From positions 6,210 to 70,209 of the IMG/VR virus record IMGVR_UViG_3300044630_004815: a DNA stretch of 64,000 nt; one strand, written 5' to 3'. Source of the DNA: a virus. Made by a program: the position numbers and the translations under genes. Below, piece by piece: positions 41,301 through 49,054 of the stretch (position 1 is the first letter of the stretch; the number at the start of each line of letters is the position of its first letter). The notes under the pieces were generated by a model. It saw only the letters and a list, made by a program, of their open reading frames with translations. It was not told where the DNA came from and ran no database searches.

Positions 41301-43614
41301 TAATGATTGATGTAAAATTAGTATCAGAATTTATTTTAAATTCTGGAGGATTTAATAGATCGTATCCATTTCCAGGATCTAAAACATCAATTGATGTTAT
41401 CTCTCCATTATAAAGTCTATCAAATGATTTGTAGTTTTGAATTTCAACACCATTTGCAAGTATTCCAATAGATCCTACACGAGTTGGAATTTTTTCCTTT
41501 GGAAATGTTACTGATTTTGGTATTTTTTTAAATAATTTTGTGGAAGTAAAAGTATTACCATAAAGTTTTGATAATATTAATTTTAACGTATCAACATACC
41601 CAGAAGTTGTAGAATTATTTTCATCAACTTTCTCAGCAAAATTTATATAATTTCCATTTATAATATCATTTTTTGTGAATGCTAATTTGATTTCATTTGA
41701 ATCAATTTTTTTCACATACAATGACAGTCCTGTAGTGATTCCAATGGCATTTTTAAATCCTGGAGTTCCTGCAATATTTTTAGTTGTATAATTTGAAACC
41801 GTAATAAGTTCACCATCATAAAATGTATGCTGACCATAAATTGAACTAGATACTCCAGAAGTTGGAGTTTCTAATTCAAATTCAAATTCTCTTTTATATG
41901 GATTAATATTTCCTGAGAAAAATCCATTTGAGGTTACATAATAGTTTTCTGAATCTTCATATGAATCTTGAATATTAATAGAAAATTTATTATTAATTTC
42001 TGAATATTGATTTGATGAAGATTTAATTACTTGTCTTTTGAATTTAATGATATGATTCAAAGTTAAATTCTGTGATCCACTAATTGTAAATTGATTAGAT
42101 GTTTCGGAATTTGAATTACTTACAACACAATCATATACTTTTCTGTTTGTGGTTGCACTAAAAACTTCTAAAACATCCCCATTTTTCAAATAGTGTGGAT
42201 ATTTTGTTTTGACTTTACCACTATTTTTACTTATTCCATATTTTCCTTCTGGTATTTCATCATAAACTTCTCCTGCATGAATAATTGCTGGCACATTATA
42301 ATGCAGTGAGTCGGTAAAAATACTTTCTTTAGTGGAACCAAGATTATCTACTTTTAGAAGATCATTTTCATAAGCAAGAATAGTATTTGTATTATCAATA
42401 GAAGATAGAGTATTTAAAAGTCTAAGACTTACAACGTTGTCAATATTGCCATTTTCATATGAGTATACAAAATTTGAAGCATATATTGGAGTTGATGATA
42501 CTATTGAAGTAGTGATGCCTACACAGTCCAGAAACTCGGTGTTAGTCTTGTCTGAGTAAGATACCACCAAATCCCCTACATTGAGGGTTCCTGACTGTTT
42601 AAACCCTATTGTAGAAACTGCAGAGATTGTATTGCTATTGGCAGAAACTTCCGAAGTGCAATAAGTTTTAGGAGTAATGTTAAATTCACCAAATATTGAA
42701 CCCTTTGGATTTAAATTATTTGAATATCCAGAAAATATATCAACATTATAATATTGATTTCCATTTAATGTTACAGAACTTACTTTGTAAATAGAACCAT
42801 TTGCTGGCAGGATGTCTCCATTTTCATCTTGATATAATGTCTGCCCATTTAACTGCAGTGGATCTCCACTAATTACCTCACAGATAAATCTTTCAGCAAC
42901 AATCCACTGATCGTCAGATGTTGTAAATAACAGATCTCTTGGTTTAATTACTTTTACGTCTTCACCATAAAGGACTTTGAATAAAATTTTAAATGCTTCA
43001 TCAGTTCCTTTGGTCTGATAGAAACTCTTTACCTTACTGATGAAATTTGGAGCATTGATTCTCGAATCAAAATCTAGTTCTTCAAATCCAGGAGAAAATT
43101 GATATTTGGTTTTTTTGAAGAACTCTAATAGAAATAAGTTACTTAGATTTTCTACTGAAGAATTAATTAAATGTTCTTCTGTTTCTGTGGATGAAAATTT
43201 TAAATATTCTGGATTGTCTGGATCGGAAAGTGATTCAATTCCACTAAATCCCCGTATACAACCAGTAAAGGTATTTGTAGTAATTCCAGTATAAGTGATA
43301 ATTTCATTATCGATCTTCAGCAGACCATATTGACTTGGCCAACCATTTGTTGAATTGACATAAATTGCATCATCAAAATAAGAAACTTCCTGAGATAATG
43401 TAGTAGATTCAATTAAATTTTTAGAGTCAAAACTATCAACATTCTTATAGTCAATTATATTCTCAACAATATCAACTGTTGCACCCTGATATTCTTGGGA
43501 GATATAATATTGCTTTAAAAATTCTGCAAGATTAGGATTTTCTGTGAGAATAAATTCTGGAATTTGATTCTCAATTACTTCACTAATTTTTACTACTTTT
43601 TTATCTTGATTCAT
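35383..43614 (-). CDS. g7: Baseplate wedge initiator gp7-like giant protein
   Basis: IENQIPEFI, FL.QYY.SQE, FY..KGT, HSPIIGW.YDG.PIYGPY, LDENNGR.C.TPEYPNG.YAYF and DNDYYQNFSYSLKS motifs; between g6 and g8. Confidence 0.8.
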   Translation of the reverse strand: MNQDKKVVKISEVIENQIPEFILTENPNLAEFLKQYYISQEYQGATVDIVENIIDYKNVDSFDSKNLIESTTLSQEVSYFDDAIYVNSTNGWPSQYGLLKIDNEIITYTGITTNTFTGCIRGFSGIESLSDPDNPEYLKFSSTETEEHLINSSVENLSNLFLLEFFKKTKYQFSPGFEELDFDSRINAPNFISKVKSFYQTKGTDEAFKILFKVLYGEDVKVIKPRDLLFTTSDDQWIVAERFICEVISGDPLQLNGQTLYQDENGDILPANGSIYKVSSVTLNGNQYYNVDIFSGYSNNLNPKGSIFGEFNITPKTYCTSEVSANSNTISAVSTIGFKQSGTLNVGDLVVSYSDKTNTEFLDCVGITTSIVSSTPIYASNFVYSYENGNIDNVVSLRLLNTLSSIDNTNTILAYENDLLKVDNLGSTKESIFTDSLHYNVPAIIHAGEVYDEIPEGKYGISKNSGKVKTKYPHYLKNGDVLEVFSATTNRKVYDCVVSNSNSETSNQFTISGSQNLTLNHIIKFKRQVIKSSSNQYSEINNKFSINIQDSYEDSENYYVTSNGFFSGNINPYKREFEFELETPTSGVSSSIYGQHTFYDGELITVSNYTTKNIAGTPGFKNAIGITTGLSLYVKKIDSNEIKLAFTKNDIINGNYINFAEKVDENNSTTSGYVDTLKLILSKLYGNTFTSTKLFKKIPKSVTFPKEKIPTRVGSIGILANGVEIQNYKSFDRLYNGEITSIDVLDPGNGYDLLNPPEFKINSDTNFTSIITPELSGDIESIAVIDSGFDYIETPIVTVKGGGNDSVRTEVKMKKVQRELSFNADDSDVVVTLDPINKFILDYPHKLFPGDGVIYETFGNTPIGIGTGTEFLSNNSIYYIFDVGAGTSFRLANTKEDAFAGIGTINLRTRGKGLQKFTSVKLVNVVDSVNIIDIETQFKYKKLPLKKANINHYDEIFEFENHGFVSGDEISYSYTGNSILNTSQYYYVIKIDDDKFKLSSTKDLNTPIIINASNSTSIHYFSYSPIRTEITGRLSTLGISTIGSSAELYPKVKGSISKVNIINSEQYGSNIFNYEYAPKIDLVKGKSASFKPIISNGKIVRVIIFNPGYGYYNTVNIEVIGSGVGAKLHPVIVDGQITEIKVISSGIGYDQYTKLLAKNEGSGAEFKANIKYWTLNEVSKYSSTILNRGLLVGENYYQNKNNIGIYYLTPTLSGNFNITSNSHSPIIGWSYDGCPIYGPYAYENVDGSGDIIKMTSSYRKIRKSPIISESSNLDCIEDYTFVKDLGTLDENNGRYCITPEYPNGVYAYFATSTFPYFIGPEYNYSLVEDNLDLNYSQDLDFNTLDIVKHTFPYYIQDKENYYDYFDFYPNIYKEDLTVLSTLSGTVDDIEVVSSGNGYSIGDKIIFNNEVTGGFGASAEVSELMGVGITSISSQTLSESQVTFVQTNNVVTGIASTTLNIKDNYYINITGISSSAYSSLEGTKKIAFKQFKSKLTKELPANSGILTSITITDSITNFDIDSKIKIGTEILNVVGFDYLNNSITVLRENDSNSAASQSEVELLSNKFQFNLNQKLDLSVKNEVYYFDSDLISVGIGTTPGSGNTITKTPYGQGKSETRFIRTAGIWMPNHKFKNGEKVTYFMDPNGFSMQTNLNSGTYIDEIPNLYIVDLGNDIIGFTNDKTKISSADGLLYFNDSGAGHLHKLVTDRSVVTGNILYNESIVSTASSHGLSLSDVIRLNVITGSTVVFSINYNSATAKLRVDSSNNPKLTVYKNQIVEFDISSITLSDTRFKLYTDENFENEYIGNGTSGVEVTKTSTKLTLRITEHTPNKLYYNIETSKDLYQDTSVQNANCIEILPSIFNSDSEIIETTENTFTINLTSEPEVSNYVAIGNTSLSYNILNSQTTGPINDTRLLFKGSDYKKLPSISSINSSGINATLIPITTTIGKINKIETISNSIYPSDTTLKPISNLYSILHLDNNYKVSKLNLNFGGANYLSSPSVKLYNENTNEIYDSFSAYCNLSGPSVDEIVIANPGYGLPKTGNKIIFTENSNGVKIIEASSLETSPGTFLVSLRVETPSSGFTTSNPLPFNINDKIFVEGIVSSGFGYNSEKYSYNTFNVVGIITSYSSPDQSIIRYELPNDPGIPISYNFAYVINSNDLPDCEVIVSENEFYSNEPLENTTLINNSVDTLNKSILKVYDSSEFIESQIIRGKNSNSEGTIVKINPQYSEFSISNSKTKPIGWIDQKGNLSEIVQKLPDNDYYQNFSYSLKSNKQNIHWDSPVSDLVHVTGLKKFGDLIVESEDLTGHQVTSNDNSNINISINSYVNANTINDFDLVLEDVDDNNNLYSEILTFKSTKLTDYSLSIKNRVLSIDDISSNFNNDSSLVTIVIDTLPIFGSGTFIAKYFTFIESTKSIYTDFELPSLSEIYLSKRNDGINLVSYSYFEDESLGTFISQVNPNNSNEILLEFVPSNIFNIISSRSVKDIVALNTDQTIVNYGNLSNVAITTSFSSEVTPTEKRINIGTLANCKSGTVYVGISTTYGSIEEYLEFTFLYNGQQIISSIYAENEIRNLGEVGISTGITNNIEITYTPISNIGSYLYINANLLVNSQTNPSYQDLEYAKLNSSRLQFTASTLDPVGISSITKDYAASKYVIEVQKTVGITTQRSIIQINSVHYDIIPEQEKYLNNINYGIIGNFDDLEFNTIFDQNSGTYTLTYYPNDLATYDIKFYQKSILRSTNPLL

Positions 43615-43615
43615 T

Positions 43616-45490
43616 TTAGTTTCTTATTTTTGACTCTGTGGTATAACTCGATTCTGGAACAAATCTGCTTCCAGATGCATTTTCACCAGATGATATAATA
43701 TCTTTTGTGAGAGTAATATTACTGCTTCCTACATCAAGTTTTAAGTAAACTGATTTCTTAGCAATAATATCATTTGAATATGGAGTTGCTTCAATTTGAA
43801 TGATGTTGTTTGGTACTAGAGTAGAACTCACATTTATATTATCTATATTGATTTCACCAGTAATATAATCAACCGTTCCAACAGTATTTGATTGAATTAC
43901 AACTTCATTATTTTTCAATGAGAATAAGAATAATGATCCTGTTTTTAAATCAGAATTTGGTTTATCTGAAATATAAACAGTTTCTGTGTTTCCTTGAATC
44001 TTGAATCCAGTCGTTCTTATATTGTAACCACTTGTAGAAGCATTAAATCTATTTTCAAAACACACCTCATAATTTGCTGGACCAGATACTACACCAATAT
44101 TTCTTCTAATCTTAATTCGAGTAATGTTTGATGTAATTGAATTACTTGTTGAATCGATTATTCTAAGTGATTTACTATATTTAAATCTTCCTCCAAACTT
44201 ATTCAGGTCAGAAGAATTGGAATATGTATCTAAAGAATTATAAATTCTTGATTCTAAATCACTTACAGACCCGACTAGATTTGAATTATAATAAATTGTA
44301 GAATCCATTTCTACGTACAATACGTTAATATCAACAAATTTAACTTTAATACCTGCCACAGAATACTGTTTCAGAGAATTTAAAATTGTTTGTTTTGTAA
44401 ATTCTGACAGGTAATCAGAATTTTTTGGTTTTACTGCCAAATACACTGTCCCATATTGTGGTGGGGATAGTTCTTCACCTCCATATGCGGTCACAGACTC
44501 TATATTTGGGTAGATTGAAGGCAATAGTGCCTCATAGTCATTTGCAGTAACTGCTCGGTATTGGGAAGAATACAGTCTTGGAGCATAGTATCTTACAGAT
44601 TCTACAGATTGAATGCTATCTCCATTTGATGCAGACTCATTTGTGATAACGGATCCCGCATTTCCACTTAAATTTGTTGTATTATTTCCAAAAATGGTTC
44701 CAGAGAATGTAAAGTTGGATGGTCCATTGCCATCTTTTCCATCAGTAGTGATATAAGTTACGGTAATTGTGCTTTGATCTTCTGGTTTTTTGCCAAAAAT
44801 CCCATCCCCAAAGAAAATTTCATACTTTTCATCAGAAACTTCGTGAACTAAAAATACTTGAGACTCAGAATTTACTCCAATTATGTTATCAATGTATGAA
44901 TATTCAGAAGTTGTACCAGATTTTTCTACTTTTACTCGAATTGTAGAGGTATCGATGTAAGGATTTGGTAAAATATACTTCTGATTGGGTTGTGAATTAT
45001 CAATAGTAAAGGTTTTTGTTAAAAAAGTTCCTTGATAAATGTCTATTTCATTAAAAAGTGCTTCTTGCTCATCAACTCCTACAGTAATATCTTCTGGAAT
45101 TGAAAAAATAAAGGTAGTATTATCCTGATTTCCTGTGCAAACAATTCCTGCCTTTAGTGTTGCAGTTTTAATTGCAGTATTTGTAATACCAGTTACATTA
45201 AAAGAAATATTTGCCTTTGCTGCTCGTCTAGAAAGGGGTACAAACCCTATGTTCCTTGCAAGAGATACAACGTTCTCTCTTAGGGTAGCACTGTCCAGGA
45301 ATGCCTCATTGGCAACCATATTGCTGTTATACGCAGTCAAATATGTGTTGTATGCAAGAATGTCAATTAGAACCGATAGATTAGATCCTTCAAAGTCAAA
45401 GTCAGTGAAAGTACTATTTGCTCTGAGATAATCTTTAATGGATGACTTTACTAGATCAAAGTCTAGATTTGTGAATTGAGTAAATTCCAT
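43616..45490 (-). CDS. g6: Baseplate wedge subunit gp6
   Basis: LDFD..K, FTDFDFEGSNLS.LID.LAYNTY, FGDGIFG and RAVT..DY motifs. Confidence 0.96.
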   Translation of the reverse strand: MEFTQFTNLDFDLVKSSIKDYLRANSTFTDFDFEGSNLSVLIDILAYNTYLTAYNSNMVANEAFLDSATLRENVVSLARNIGFVPLSRRAAKANISFNVTGITNTAIKTATLKAGIVCTGNQDNTTFIFSIPEDITVGVDEQEALFNEIDIYQGTFLTKTFTIDNSQPNQKYILPNPYIDTSTIRVKVEKSGTTSEYSYIDNIIGVNSESQVFLVHEVSDEKYEIFFGDGIFGKKPEDQSTITVTYITTDGKDGNGPSNFTFSGTIFGNNTTNLSGNAGSVITNESASNGDSIQSVESVRYYAPRLYSSQYRAVTANDYEALLPSIYPNIESVTAYGGEELSPPQYGTVYLAVKPKNSDYLSEFTKQTILNSLKQYSVAGIKVKFVDINVLYVEMDSTIYYNSNLVGSVSDLESRIYNSLDTYSNSSDLNKFGGRFKYSKSLRIIDSTSNSITSNITRIKIRRNIGVVSGPANYEVCFENRFNASTSGYNIRTTGFKIQGNTETVYISDKPNSDLKTGSLFLFSLKNNEVVIQSNTVGTVDYITGEINIDNINVSSTLVPNNIIQIEATPYSNDIIAKKSVYLKLDVGSSNITLTKDIISSGENASGSRFVPESSYTTESKIRN

Positions 45491-45897
45491 TAGTATCTTG
45501 TTGGTTGTAATACAAAGGTTATTGCTTGTGTAGGAACAGCAAGTCCAACTATATCATAAACAATATACACTTCGAGTTCATTCTCATCTGGTCGTAAATT
45601 AACATTTACTTGCCTTAATATTACTCTAGGTTCGAAATTTGTAATTGTAGTTCTAATTTCTTCAGTAATTGGATCTACAACTTGACTATCTGCAAGTTCA
45701 AATAACATATTCTCAACATTAGAACCTAAGAGTCGGTTAAAAAATCTTTCCCCGACTCTAGTTCTAACTAAATTCATCACAGATCTTTTAATTGCATCCT
45801 CATTCGTGAGAACAGCAATATCATTCGTTACAGGATGTCTTTTGAAGGACAAACTGACATCTTTAAAATATTTTGATACTGCGATTTCTACTGGCAC
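45490..45897 (-). CDS. g25: Baseplate wedge protein gp25
   Basis: D.SLSF..HP.T.D, AIKRSV.NLV.T..GER.F and FEPRV motifs. Confidence 0.95.
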   Translation of the reverse strand: MPVEIAVSKYFKDVSLSFKRHPVTNDIAVLTNEDAIKRSVMNLVRTRVGERFFNRLLGSNVENMLFELADSQVVDPITEEIRTTITNFEPRVILRQVNVNLRPDENELEVYIVYDIVGLAVPTQAITFVLQPTRY

Positions 45898-45919
45898 GTT
45901 AGGTTAGACAATATATTTG

Positions 45920-45927
45920 TATTTATT
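45920..45927 (-). promoter_or_regulatory. T4-type late promoter
   Basis: AATAAATA upstream of g25. Confidence 0.6.
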
Positions 45928-46165
45928 GAGGTTTTCCATAACAAGGTTCAGTTCCATAACTCCAATCGTCATAATCTTCATCATTACGAATTTTTTCATG
46001 AAGAGATGTTTGTTCTTTTAAATGATGCTTTTTGCCAATATCATCATTTACAATTTCTTGAAGTATTCTTTTTTCTTGAATTGAATTGTAATCAGTTGAG
46101 AGTTTTGTAGTTCCCCACATTTGATACATGTAATTTGAATCTCGATCTACTGGAAGATTTGACAT
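45923..46165 (-). CDS. Hypothetical protein
   Basis: 80-aa ORF, collinear with neighbours. Confidence 0.75.
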   Translation of the reverse strand: MSNLPVDRDSNYMYQMWGTTKLSTDYNSIQEKRILQEIVNDDIGKKHHLKEQTSLHEKIRNDEDYDDWSYGTEPCYGKPQ

Positions 46166-46199
46166 AAGTTTTACCTAATTCGAAGTGAATTAGAACTTT

Positions 46200-46418
46200 T
46201 TACGGGGTTCCTATCCCGAAGTCTGTAATTTTGTCTCTATGGAAGGTTAGGTTTTTTTGTATTCTAATATCTGAGTTTTTAAATGTCCAACAATACCCTC
46301 CATTATCTAGGAACACAACCCATTCAAGATCATGCTCCTGAGAACGGTCAATTAAAAAAAATGCCCAGCCTGGACCTTTAGGGGTCAAGACTGGGATTTG
46401 TGGATTCAATTGAATCAT
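46200..46418 (-). CDS. Hypothetical protein
   Basis: 72-aa ORF (QLNPQIPV.TPKG.GWAFFLID). Confidence 0.75.
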   Translation of the reverse strand: MIQLNPQIPVLTPKGPGWAFFLIDRSQEHDLEWVVFLDNGGYCWTFKNSDIRIQKNLTFHRDKITDFGIGTP

Positions 46419-46562
46419 TTATCTTCCTTGTCCTCTGTAACGTTTCTTTGCTCCATTACGAGAAGATGCAGATAGTTTAGTATGTTGAGAACAACCCTGA
46501 CGAGTCTTCTTTGGTTTGCTCTCAATTACAACCTTACCATTAAGTGAAGGACGTTTTGCCAT
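46419..46562 (-). CDS. Small basic protein, 47 aa (not in the ORF track)
   Basis: MAKRPSLNGKVVIESKPKKTRQGCSQHTKLSASSRNGAKKRYRGQGR; GAGG RBS. Confidence 0.75.
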   Translation of the reverse strand: MAKRPSLNGKVVIESKPKKTRQGCSQHTKLSASSRNGAKKRYRGQGR

Positions 46563-46567
46563 AATTT

Positions 46568-46738
46568 TTAAACCTCAGTACTTGTACATTCTACCATAAT
46601 ATCCTCTGGGTTGGGAACCCCTGTCTCATAAAATTGTTGGGAAAGATCATCCATGATGTTGAGCATTTCTTCTTCAGAAACACTCTTATGAATGATTCTT
46701 CCCTTACATAAGATATCAAATGATTCTTGTCTTTTCAT
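46568..46738 (-). CDS. Small acidic protein, 56 aa (not in the ORF track)
   Basis: MKRQESFDILCKGRIIHKSVSEEEMLNIMDDLSQQFYETGVPNPEDIMVECTSTEV fills the gap in the operon. Confidence 0.7.
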   Translation of the reverse strand: MKRQESFDILCKGRIIHKSVSEEEMLNIMDDLSQQFYETGVPNPEDIMVECTSTEV

Positions 46739-47477
46739 GTCCTACTCGAACTTGGGGATGGCACCAAATTTCAAAATCACATTTACGAGTGGCATCAAGA
46801 CAGAATGAGACATCTTCACCACACATATCTTGTACTTCTCCAGAATCAAAAACTTGCATTTGAGGAGCAAACCAAGGATACTTCATCTCAGGATGTTCAA
46901 ACACACCTTTCTTAATCAGTACCCAACCAAATCCAGTATAGTCAACGGTGAATGGTTTCTTTCTATTTGAGATAGTATCTACCATCTCGTGATTCATGAC
47001 TCCACCATTATTCTTAAAGTCACTTTCATCTAACCAATGAGCAACAGAGGTGGTTCTACCATCTTCCGTTGCATACCAACCACAGGCAATGTCCTTATCC
47101 ATTTGTACCATTGCCCAGAAGGCATCAGTATTGAATACAATGTCACTATCAATCCATAGTTGATAATCATACTGTAGATTGCCCTGCCAAGGTAGTTGAT
47201 CTGGTCCTGAGAGAACATTTGCACCAAGTACTTTACAACGTGCAAAATTAACCATTGAAGAGTAGTCTTGACTAATTTGAATACTTGCACCAGATTGTAC
47301 AAGATCAAAACAAAGTTGAACAAAACTCTTTAGAAACCGATATGAAACTCCTCGTCCAGGAAGACAGAATACAATTGTCTTTCCTTTAATTCTTTCTTTG
47401 CACTCATCAAGATTAAAAAGTGGTTGCTCTTCTTCTTGTTCTGGTGCTTTTGCTTTTACAGTAAATCCTTTTGCCAT
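46716..47477 (-). CDS. GT-A fold glycosyltransferase-like protein
   Basis: V.FAR, LWIDSDIVF (DxD), TGFGWVLIK..VFE, GEDVSFC and VGHEK motifs. Confidence 0.75.
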   Translation of the reverse strand: MAKGFTVKAKAPEQEEEQPLFNLDECKERIKGKTIVFCLPGRGVSYRFLKSFVQLCFDLVQSGASIQISQDYSSMVNFARCKVLGANVLSGPDQLPWQGNLQYDYQLWIDSDIVFNTDAFWAMVQMDKDIACGWYATEDGRTTSVAHWLDESDFKNNGGVMNHEMVDTISNRKKPFTVDYTGFGWVLIKKGVFEHPEMKYPWFAPQMQVFDSGEVQDMCGEDVSFCLDATRKCDFEIWCHPQVRVGHEKTRII

Positions 47478-47528
47478 AAAATTTATTCAGTGATTTGATA
47501 TATCGTATCACTTCATATGATACTCCAC

Positions 47529-47536
47529 TATTTAGT
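47529..47536 (-). promoter_or_regulatory. T4-type late promoter
   Basis: ACTAAATA upstream of the glycosyltransferase-like gene. Confidence 0.55.
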
Positions 47537-47601
47537 TTTGGTCAATCACCCCTCCTATCTGAAAGAGAAATTGCGGACCTAAAACGCATAAGACAACACA
47601 A

Positions 47602-47952
47602 TCACTCACAATCTATCTCCACACCATCAGTAAGATCTTTTAGTCTATCAAATAAATCTTGATTTAGTGGAATAAGTTCCGTCTTACCAGTCTCCACATC
47701 ATCTACCAGTTGTTGCAGATACTCCAGAAAGTGCCTGGGATAGGTATTGTCTTCCCCAAGAGACACCCAGAACCATTCATAACATTCTGTGTAAGGGTCA
47801 TCACTAGGAAGCAGTCCATAGTCCTTGTAGTTGCCTGTCATCAGATCTGCCCATATTCTATAAGCTCCTCTGATAGATTGCCACCCAGTCATCCAACAAT
47901 GACCTATCCAGTATTCCCACCAGTTGATTTTACTAGTCATCACATACCTCAC
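47602..47952 (-). CDS. Trp-rich hypothetical protein
   Basis: 116-aa ORF; start may be the ATG at 47940. Confidence 0.7.
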   Translation of the reverse strand: MRYVMTSKINWWEYWIGHCWMTGWQSIRGAYRIWADLMTGNYKDYGLLPSDDPYTECYEWFWVSLGEDNTYPRHFLEYLQQLVDDVETGKTELIPLNQDLFDRLKDLTDGVEIDCE

Positions 47953-48166
47953 AGTTGATAATTAAAAATTCTTCTAATTGAAAATCTGTGGAAAACCCTG
48001 CACTAATCATATTGTGAATATCTGTGAGAGCACCCTGGCATTGTGCCAAGTCACCTTCACAAAATACACGATCTCTTGCAATCAACCTATAGACCATTTT
48101 TTCCATCAGAAATTTTTTTATATATGTTCCATCCAAGTATCTTTGAGGTCTCCCACAGGCAAACAC
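47933..48166 (-). CDS. Hypothetical protein (true start probably internal, MEKMVY)
   Basis: ATGACTAG overlap with the downstream ORF. Confidence 0.5.
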   Translation of the reverse strand: MFACGRPQRYLDGTYIKKFLMEKMVYRLIARDRVFCEGDLAQCQGALTDIHNMISAGFSTDFQLEEFLIINCEVCDD

Positions 48167-48461
48167 TAATATAACTCACCTCATCCCAAGGACTTGTCTC
48201 TGTGCCCCACACAGTATTATACAAAAACCTCACAGGAGTTTTTTTACCCCAAAAAATTTTTTTAAGCATTTGAAATCACTCTCTCGATTTGTCACCTCTG
48301 TAGGTTGGATAGGACCCTTTTTTTATAAATCGCATTACCGCATAATATAATACAACAACCCCCGATATAACTGTCGATGGACGAATCAGAATACTGCTCT
48401 ATAATTATGCACGAAGTGCAAGTATAAACAATAGACTGTCAAATAGTACTGTCACGAGGTC

Positions 48462-48528
48462 CTCACAGACTCACAGTTATTAACTCACAGTGGACTCACA
48501 GTTGTTTATATTCACTGCTGTCTCACAG
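48462..48528 (+). repeat. Five CTCACAG direct repeats (iteron-like)
   Basis: Copies at 48462, 48470, 48484, 48495 and 48522. Confidence 0.85.
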
Positions 48529-48530
48529 TT

Positions 48531-48559
48531 ATCATACATCAGATGACGTATTCTGTCAA
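48531..48559 (-). promoter_or_regulatory. sigma70 promoter firing through the CTCACAG repeats
   Basis: TTGACA-N17-TATGAT. Confidence 0.7.
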
Positions 48560-48744
48560 CCCTGTAATACCAAGTGCATAAGTAATGCCCCTATATGACT
48601 ATTAAGAACACGAAAAGTTGGGATATACCTATAACTTGTCAGAGGACTATTACAGGTCATTCTAGACACCTCTCAGTGTATTATACTAACACGAATTGAG
48701 GACGTATTTGATAACGTCAAAATGGACGATATAGGGGTATAAAG

Positions 48745-49008
48745 TTTTCCACAGGTTTTTCCACAGGTTTTTATAAGTTTTCCACAGGGTTGTGGAAAAC
48801 TATCTGTCACAAGGGGTATTGACAGATCTCGGAGTTTGTGATACATTGTGGGCCAAGATCACAAGAACATGAGGCATTTACATACATTCTCACACAATAA
48901 CAAATCATTCACATTTACCTCACAATTATACACAGCAAACAAATAAACACATCACAAACACTTGAAATGGACGATATAGGTACACATTCTCCACAGGGTT
49001 GTGGAAAA
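48745..49008. repeat. Cluster of DnaA-box matches (TTTTCCACA)
   Basis: Forward at 48745, 48757 and 48778; reverse at 48791 and 49000; one-mismatch TTCTCCACA at 48987. Confidence 0.75.
48819..48847 (+). promoter_or_regulatory. sigma70 promoter into a non-coding A/C-rich tract
   Basis: TTGACA-N17-TACATT with extended -10 TG. Confidence 0.65.
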
Positions 49009-49054
49009 CTATAACCATTTTATTTACACATTAAAATAAAACAATAAGTATAAC

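Noticed and set aside
46192-46218. Canonical preQ1-I riboswitch
   Set aside because: Topology is similar, but the conserved U at the start of loop 1 is missing and there are no queuosine genes downstream; kept only as a generic pseudoknot
48087-48269. 60-aa minus-strand ORF
   Set aside because: Overlaps another ORF, crosses homopolymer runs at the edge of the non-coding region and has no clear RBS
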